Assembly: GCA_003152105.1 (NCBI GenBank) | Contig: PLZJ01000002.1 | Coordinates: 597,682 to 661,681, forward strand | DNA from: Candidatus Levyibacteriota bacterium | GTDB taxonomy: Bacteria > Patescibacteriota > Microgenomatia > Levybacterales > UBA12049 | Length of the DNA stretch: 64,000 bases | Direction of reading: 5' to 3' | Position numbers and translations under genes: made by a program | The notes under the pieces: generated by a model | What the model saw: the letters and a program-made list of their open reading frames with translations, nothing else | Database searches by the model: none | What the model was told of the DNA's origin: nothing | Shown here: positions 58,281 through 64,000 of the stretch, in pieces | How the letters are laid out: every line of letters begins with the position of its first letter | How positions within the stretch are numbered: position 1 is the first letter of the stretch

Positions 58281-59204
58281 ATGATAAGCGAACAATATTT
58301 TTCAACTGAACGAAGTGGAGAAAGTCAACTATATGTTGAGATTGGAATAAACAATGCATTAGCGCATATAGCGGAAAACTTTGAACATAGCTCTAAGGGG
58401 TTAGAAAACTTACCTTTTCATAACACAGATCACACAAGGCAAGTTATGAGAAGAACCCAATTAATTCTCTCAACTATAAGTTCAGCTGATCCTACGCTTG
58501 TTTCTTCACAGGATATGCTTCTTGGTCAACTTGCAGCAGCTTTTCATGATTCAGAACAAAAATGGAAAAATAAAAAAGTGAAAACAGGAAATCAAGATAC
58601 ATTAATAAGAGAGCGCTATGGTGTAGGAAATGAAGTCATAAGCTGTGCTAATGCGGTAAACTATATGGTACATGTAAATGAAACAGAAGGTAAAGATATA
58701 TTTTCAAAAGATGATATTGAAACGGTTGTTGAGGCAATACTGGTTACAATACCTGTATTTGATCTAAGACATCAAACAGTTGCGCAACCAAATTTAAGCA
58801 ATAGGACCTCACTTGTAGCAAGGGCAGTAGCCTTAGCTGATCTTGGGTCTGCTGGGCTTGACGGGCTAGAAATGGTAAAGGAAGATAGTAAAAAATTATT
58901 TCGAGAAGAAAACTTAGATATTACCATACGACTTTCTGAAGATATTCCTTTAACAAAAGATGAGGAAAGCTTCTATAAAGATAGATATCTTAAATGGGTA
59001 AGTACGCAATATCCATTCGCAAAAGGAAGAAAAGACCTCTTAACTACTGAATTGGATGGAATTCCTCAACACGTCTTGCCTTATGTAGAAAGGCTTTTTA
59101 ATAAATTTGATGAAACTCTAGCTGGTTTAGAAAATATAACTGCTTCATATGCAGCACTCGAACCAAAAGAATTACTTGTTGAAGTGGGATATCATTTACA
59201 ATAA
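58281..59204 (+). CDS. putative HD-domain metal-dependent phosphohydrolase
   Basis: FHNTDHTRQV and AAAFHDSEQ His/Asp motifs; weak assignment. Confidence 0.35.
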   Translation: MISEQYFSTERSGESQLYVEIGINNALAHIAENFEHSSKGLENLPFHNTDHTRQVMRRTQLILSTISSADPTLVSSQDMLLGQLAAAFHDSEQKWKNKKVKTGNQDTLIRERYGVGNEVISCANAVNYMVHVNETEGKDIFSKDDIETVVEAILVTIPVFDLRHQTVAQPNLSNRTSLVARAVALADLGSAGLDGLEMVKEDSKKLFREENLDITIRLSEDIPLTKDEESFYKDRYLKWVSTQYPFAKGRKDLLTTELDGIPQHVLPYVERLFNKFDETLAGLENITASYAALEPKELLVEVGYHLQ

Positions 59205-61181
59205 TTTTCTATTTCGCAGTAACAACATCAAGCCACCCCAGATATATTCTGACAACACTACAGGAATTATTAGAAGTGCAATGAAAGTTGAAGGAGTAGT
59301 CAGAAGCAGAAAAATTCTGTTTAACAAGAGTTGTATTATTCCAAGCGGTGAATCATCTTTAATAGCATACGTAATAAAATTAGGTGAAGTACTACTCAGC
59401 AAAACTTGGTCATTACTGCTATCTTTACGCATAGAAAATTCCGTAATATATTCTTTGCCAGCTGACTGTGAAAGCGGAGGAAAATTAAATGTAAATTCTG
59501 GATCCTTAACATTTTCTACCATAACTGCTGAAGTCAAAGAGGTATAAATAATATGATGAGCATTATCGAGTAATTGAAATACTATGACTGCGTGACGACC
59601 ATTATTGCTTTGAATCTTATTGTTATCATACTGCAAGTGAAGCGCAATTGTATTTATATTATTGTTTTTGCCTGTAAAAGGGAATTCAATGGGATTTTTA
59701 CCAAGTGCGTATATTGAAGAAGGAGGAATATGATTTGGTTGAATCGAATACGTATCAACTAGTAATGACGCTGGATAATGCAGTGTATAAATACAAATAA
59801 TTAGCAATAAATAAACAGTCATTGTGAATGCCAGAAATGTAAAGCTTGGTGGTCTTGGTGTTGTGTCAATTTTTTGCTTACTACTTAACATTGTTTCTTT
59901 TGGTAAGCGTTTGTGATATGTAAAGTACAACTTATCGACAATATGATAGAGAAACCATGCAAGAAGAATTGAAAGTACTGTTGCAATGATAATTGTTAAA
60001 CAGAGATAAATTCCAAGAGGAAGATGGATAAGGGATAAGATCGAACTTGTCCAGTTTATTGCCTGCTCATGTGTTAAATATAATGTATAACTAATTACTC
60101 CTAAAAATACAAAAAGTTTTCTGTCAAATATTTTTTGTATAATACTTTTTGGAGTGATTGCCCCAATAATTGTCAATGCAATCACCCAGCTCGCAAACAG
60201 GAAATAATAATTATTTGCAATCTTATCTCCGGCATAAGGAAGGGAAACGTTTGCCCACTGGGTAAAAATAAGGAGTACAAGAGTAATAATTCCAATAATA
60301 TTGTTTTGTGCAAGCTTTTCTAATCTATTCCATAGTTTTCCTTGTTGCTGATAAATTGTGCCAATAGTAACTCCTGCAATAAAGCCACTTGAGTGGGCAA
60401 TATTTAAAACTATTAATGGGCTTTTAAACATTATAAATGCATTGTCTAAATCAAAAACAATTTTTGTAGTAAGCATTATAAGCAGTAGTCCAACAACCCA
60501 TCCCCATTTTTTTCCTACATATATAAGTGGGATTACAAAAAACGGATAAACTATATAAAAAAGTACTTCAACAGGTAAACTCCAGAATACATCATTTACA
60601 TTGAGTATAAATCCTGAAATAGGCCTTGTTACTGTAATATTTGCAAGAAGTGTTAAGACATTATGAAACTGTGTGCCTTCAGGATGTTGTGGCGCAATAG
60701 ATGGAAAAATAAAAACTAAATAGAAAAATACAGTGAGTTGTAGAATAACAAAACCCCAAAAAAGAATTTTCCCTATTTGTTCGTTTTTATCTGAGACTTT
60801 AATATATTGCCAAATAAAACGTATACCAAATGCTAAAACAAGTATTAGTATTATTTGTATTATCCAAGAATTTGCACGGTGTTCGAAGAAGAGAACCCAA
60901 AAAAAGATATTTGCTAATATAAGCATTGGAAATATTCTTGTATATCTTTTTTTAATAAATGATACAGGACTTTTAAGTGTTGGATAGAGAAAAGCCATCA
61001 GAAATCCTGTAAGTACAAAGAGGATTTGTACTGCATTTGAACCCGCAAAAGCAACACCATAAATGCTATAGATAATAGGACCAAATGCAAGAAGTACGAG
61101 GTTGTTATGAAGATGAGATAGCATTACGGAAATTGCTGCTAAGCCTCTTAACCCATCAAGTGCCGAAAGTCTTTTCTTCAT
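59196..61181 (-). CDS. acyltransferase family 3 (AT3, OafA/YrhL-like) membrane protein with a roughly 250-aa C-terminal extracytoplasmic domain and terminal TM helix
   Basis: LDGLRGLAAISVMLSHL AT3 start and 10-TM core. The C-terminal domain has no SGNH (GDS) motif and is unassigned. Confidence 0.7.
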   Translation of the reverse strand: MKKRLSALDGLRGLAAISVMLSHLHNNLVLLAFGPIIYSIYGVAFAGSNAVQILFVLTGFLMAFLYPTLKSPVSFIKKRYTRIFPMLILANIFFWVLFFEHRANSWIIQIILILVLAFGIRFIWQYIKVSDKNEQIGKILFWGFVILQLTVFFYLVFIFPSIAPQHPEGTQFHNVLTLLANITVTRPISGFILNVNDVFWSLPVEVLFYIVYPFFVIPLIYVGKKWGWVVGLLLIMLTTKIVFDLDNAFIMFKSPLIVLNIAHSSGFIAGVTIGTIYQQQGKLWNRLEKLAQNNIIGIITLVLLIFTQWANVSLPYAGDKIANNYYFLFASWVIALTIIGAITPKSIIQKIFDRKLFVFLGVISYTLYLTHEQAINWTSSILSLIHLPLGIYLCLTIIIATVLSILLAWFLYHIVDKLYFTYHKRLPKETMLSSKQKIDTTPRPPSFTFLAFTMTVYLLLIICIYTLHYPASLLVDTYSIQPNHIPPSSIYALGKNPIEFPFTGKNNNINTIALHLQYDNNKIQSNNGRHAVIVFQLLDNAHHIIYTSLTSAVMVENVKDPEFTFNFPPLSQSAGKEYITEFSMRKDSSNDQVLLSSTSPNFITYAIKDDSPLGIIQLLLNRIFLLLTTPSTFIALLIIPVVLSEYIWGGLMLLLRNRKLL

Positions 61182-61270
61182 AAAAACATCACACTATCGT
61201 AACATTCTAGTTTGGATAAATAAATATGCAATATAACTTTCTTTTTTGAAACCAATAAATTGTAGTAACC

Positions 61271-61299
61271 TTGACAATAGTCTCATTTGAGCCTACAAT
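61271..61299 (+). promoter_or_regulatory. consensus promoter TTGACA-17-TACAAT for the hexokinase-CYTH gene
   Basis: Hexamers at 61271-61276 and 61294-61299, 10 nt before ATG 61310 (the track start 61271 is the TTG inside the -35). Confidence 0.5.
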
Positions 61300-61309
61300 A
61301 AGCTCTTCT

Positions 61310-63007
61310 ATGTCTGCACTTCTCGAAAATGAAGCAAGTAGTAGTAGCATGGAGAAATTAGCCCCAGTTCCTTCTTCGTTGTTGTATTCAATAGATGATC
61401 TTAAGCGCTTTTCAGGTAATTTCCGAAATGAATTAGCAAGAGCTTGTAATGGTCAAGAAAGTAGTCTTTCAAATAACGCACATGACATCCCTTCGTTTTC
61501 TCATGTTAAAGAGGGTGAATATTTTCAGGCTTTTGTGGTTGGAGGAACAAATTATAAAACCGCCTTAATGCAAAGAACTGGTGAAGGTGCTAATTTGCTT
61601 GATGTAAGTAGATGTGTAATAGGACCTTCGGCAACTGATGTTGATATTATTACACTTATTACAGCTAGTATTGATCCAAGGTCAACAGTAGTAGGTTTAA
61701 ATTTTGCATTTCCTATGAAGCCGGTTGATAGAGACGGTGTATTAGATGGCATACTACTTGGTGCTACTAAGGAACGAAAGTTTAAAAAATATATTGGCCA
61801 AGAGATAGGAAAAGTAATTGAAGATGAAATAGTTAGGATTCATGGTCGTAAAATCAAAGTTACGGTTGCAAATGATACAGCTTGCCTTGCGATTGCTGGA
61901 ATAGAAGGAGATAATGCGAATAAAATTGCCGCTGGAGTTGTTGGAACTGGTTTAAATTTTGCAATTAGCCATCAAGGTAAAATCATAAATCTTGAATCAG
62001 CAAATTTTGATAAATTTGAACAAACTGAAACGGGTAGGCAAATAAACAGAGAATCAAAAGCAAAAAATAAAGCTCTCTTTGAAAAAGAAGTATCAGCTGG
62101 TTATCTTTATTTACATCTTAAAAAGATCTTAGAATCAGAAGGAGAGGACGCCTCGCATATCACAAGTACTGAAGATGTAAGTATCATCGCCTCAGCGAAT
62201 GATGGAAGTAAGGCATCTGAATACGCAAATACACTTCTTGAGAGATCTGCATCACTTGTTGCTGTTCAGATTGTTGCAATTTACGAATTCATGGAGCAAC
62301 CACAAATAACAATGGTTATGGAAGGCAGTTTATTTACAAAGTCTCCTCGATATAGAAGTCATGTTGAAAGATATCTTAAAGAACTTGGAGTACCAGAAAA
62401 TGGAGTTATGTTCCAAAGTTATCAAGAAAGTGATCTATTAGGTGCTGCCAAACTTGCCGCAATTGAAGAAACTACCATGTCTTTTCCAGAAACAGTTCCA
62501 ATGGAAGAAATTGAGAGTCGATTCTTACTTTCAGATATTCCCGAAGATTTACAAAGTGCAATACGATGTGGAAAAATAGAACAAATGCAGCAAGGATATT
62601 TATCAAGTTCAGAAAGAATTAGAAAAGTAATATATGAAGGGGGATTAACGCTTTACACGATTGTTGATAAAAAACCAGTACCGGGAAAACCAGATTATGT
62701 TAAGGATGATGAACCAATGGTGATTGGAAGAGATGAGTTTATGAGAAAATGGAAATTAATTAAAGGGTATCCAATTTTCAAAACCAGATTTCTTCTCGAT
62801 AATTCCGCGGTTGAGCCTCATAAGGGAAAAATTGTTATTGATAGTTTTGAAGGAAAATTTAATGATATAAATCTAATTGAAGTAGAGTTCGAATCATTAG
62901 AAGATTGTGACAGTTTTGTTCCATTGTCATGGTTTGGACCAGAAGTAACGCAAACTGTCTCAAGTAGTAAACTAGCGCATAACAATGCTCGAGTACCTCA
63001 ATTGTAA
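61310..63007 (+). CDS. eukaryote-type hexokinase (PF00349/PF03727-like) fused to a C-terminal CYTH triphosphate-tunnel domain
   Basis: Hexokinase motifs in order: AFVVGGTNYK, LNFAFPM, AAGVVGTGLNFAI, INLESANFDKF, VMEGSLFTKSPRYRSHVERYL, LLGAAKLAA. C-terminal EEIESRFLL (ExExK/R) and IVIDSFEGKFNDINLIEVEFES are CYTH hallmarks. Confidence 0.75.
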   Translation: MSALLENEASSSSMEKLAPVPSSLLYSIDDLKRFSGNFRNELARACNGQESSLSNNAHDIPSFSHVKEGEYFQAFVVGGTNYKTALMQRTGEGANLLDVSRCVIGPSATDVDIITLITASIDPRSTVVGLNFAFPMKPVDRDGVLDGILLGATKERKFKKYIGQEIGKVIEDEIVRIHGRKIKVTVANDTACLAIAGIEGDNANKIAAGVVGTGLNFAISHQGKIINLESANFDKFEQTETGRQINRESKAKNKALFEKEVSAGYLYLHLKKILESEGEDASHITSTEDVSIIASANDGSKASEYANTLLERSASLVAVQIVAIYEFMEQPQITMVMEGSLFTKSPRYRSHVERYLKELGVPENGVMFQSYQESDLLGAAKLAAIEETTMSFPETVPMEEIESRFLLSDIPEDLQSAIRCGKIEQMQQGYLSSSERIRKVIYEGGLTLYTIVDKKPVPGKPDYVKDDEPMVIGRDEFMRKWKLIKGYPIFKTRFLLDNSAVEPHKGKIVIDSFEGKFNDINLIEVEFESLEDCDSFVPLSWFGPEVTQTVSSSKLAHNNARVPQL

Positions 63008-63103
63008 TGTAATCAAATTGACAATTTCTTGATTAAATTCTAGTGTATAATTAGAATGTATTGATGAGTTCTTATAGATTTTTTATCGTTGTAATATAAG
63101 AAA

Positions 63104-64000
63104 ATGGAACAAAATGCAAAAATACCTCGACTTAAAATGCTTGACGGGATTCGAGGCATTGCAATTTTGCTTGTCGTCTTAACTCATGTAAATCCAACGT
63201 TTATCCTATCTTCTCTACCTTTGTTTATAAAGCCATATGTTGCGTTAGTTTTTACAAGTGGCGTTACAGGAGTTAGTTTACTTTTTATTTTATCTGGATT
63301 TTTTATGGGATATATTTACCCAAATCCAGTAAGTACATTACATTTTCTCCAAAAAAGATACACAAGAATTTTTCCTCTTTTTTTAACAATGTGTGTATTT
63401 ATGTTACTAATTCGTAATTTGCCAAATTTAGCTTGGTACTTGCAGATTAGCTACATTCTTATACTTGCATTAATAACAAATATATTCTGGGTATTTATCA
63501 TTAAGAGAGTTATACAATCAGCTAAGTTTTCTAAAGGTATTTTTATTTCATTTTTAATTATTCAAGCACTCGTTGCTTGTTTCTACGCTATATGGATTAT
63601 GAGACATACACCACTTTACTTTAATCAACAGTTGCCAGTCTATATTCGAGAAGGTACGATCGGACTAGTAAATGCAACGCTTACTCTTGGTTTGGGTAAT
63701 TATGTTCCAATGTTAGATGGGGTTTATTGGAGTTTGGCATCGGAAGTATTGTTTTATATTTTATATCCAATTGTCGCAGTGCCATTAATTGCTCTAACTT
63801 TAACAAAAGGAAAATTTACAAAGCTATTATTTATTGCAACATTTATACCACTTTTTGTAGGAATATATTTAATTTCTCATAGGCTAGCGGTTTTGAGTAT
63901 ATTCCAATTTGAATTATTCTTTTATTTTGTAACGGGAATTAGTCTTGCATATTTTTATCGACTACACACTACTAAATTTGAAAAAGTTACAAGTTTTTTT
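63104..64000 (+). CDS. acyltransferase family 3 (AT3) membrane protein, 3' end outside window
   Basis: MLDGIRGIAILLVVLTHV start, YWSLASEVLFYILYP motif, multiple TM helices; open to window end. Confidence 0.65.
   Translation, partial: MEQNAKIPRLKMLDGIRGIAILLVVLTHVNPTFILSSLPLFIKPYVALVFTSGVTGVSLLFILSGFFMGYIYPNPVSTLHFLQKRYTRIFPLFLTMCVFMLLIRNLPNLAWYLQISYILILALITNIFWVFIIKRVIQSAKFSKGIFISFLIIQALVACFYAIWIMRHTPLYFNQQLPVYIREGTIGLVNATLTLGLGNYVPMLDGVYWSLASEVLFYILYPIVAVPLIALTLTKGKFTKLLFIATFIPLFVGIYLISHRLAVLSIFQFELFFYFVTGISLAYFYRLHTTKFEKVTSFF

Noticed and set aside
59149-59547. 132-aa plus-strand ORF
   Set aside because: It is antisense inside the C-terminal domain of the AT3 gene (59196..61181) and has no promoter or SD context. 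Likely spurious.
1-64000. Searched for CRISPR arrays, tRNA/rRNA genes, transposases, integrases and terminal inverted repeats
   Set aside because: No spacer-repeat periodicity, no tRNA-like or rRNA stretches in the few intergenic gaps (29827-30127, 32096-32220, 53192-53282, 54372-54506, 63008-63103), and no recombinase-like ORFs. None are reported.

Overview
This is an AT-rich bacterial chromosome segment, coded almost entirely on the + strand. The gene content and the small, domain-reduced proteins suggest a reduced-genome organism of the Patescibacteria/CPR type; this is inference only. 1-29.8 kb is one long glycan-biosynthesis locus. It has at least 13 glycosyltransferases of GT2/GT4/GT9/GT-C types, three SAM methyltransferases, an NAD epimerase/dehydratase, a hexapeptide O-acetyltransferase, a GDP-mannose pyrophosphorylase, an initiating phosphoglycosyltransferase, a Wzy-like ligase fused to a GT-C domain, a 1166-aa YfhO-like membrane protein and a split paralog of it. 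recO, a GT4, a small reverse-strand membrane peptide and glyQS follow. 32.1-53.2 kb is a division/cell-wall (dcw) cluster of unusual composition: mraZ-rsmH-ftsL-ftsI-[3 reverse genes]-murE-murC-murB-murA-glmU(N-domain only)-GNAT-HAD-glmS-murF(with TM extension)-mraY-ftsW-murG-ftsQ-like-ftsA-ftsZ. 53.2-64 kb looks accessory. It holds a DAO-family oxidoreductase interrupted by an in-frame TAA, a YerC/TrpR-like regulator behind a perfect consensus promoter, a PRTase-domain protein plus a LOG-family protein, a second DAO-family gene (-), a Crp/Fnr regulator, an HD-domain protein, an AT3 acyltransferase (-), a hexokinase-CYTH fusion, and a second AT3 gene running off the window. No rRNA, tRNA, CRISPR array, transposase or integrase was recognised. 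A -10 hexamer 6-10 nt upstream of the start codon with no Shine-Dalgarno recurs at 15 or more gene starts, which suggests widespread leaderless mRNAs. All calls rest on reading motifs by eye; no searches were run.
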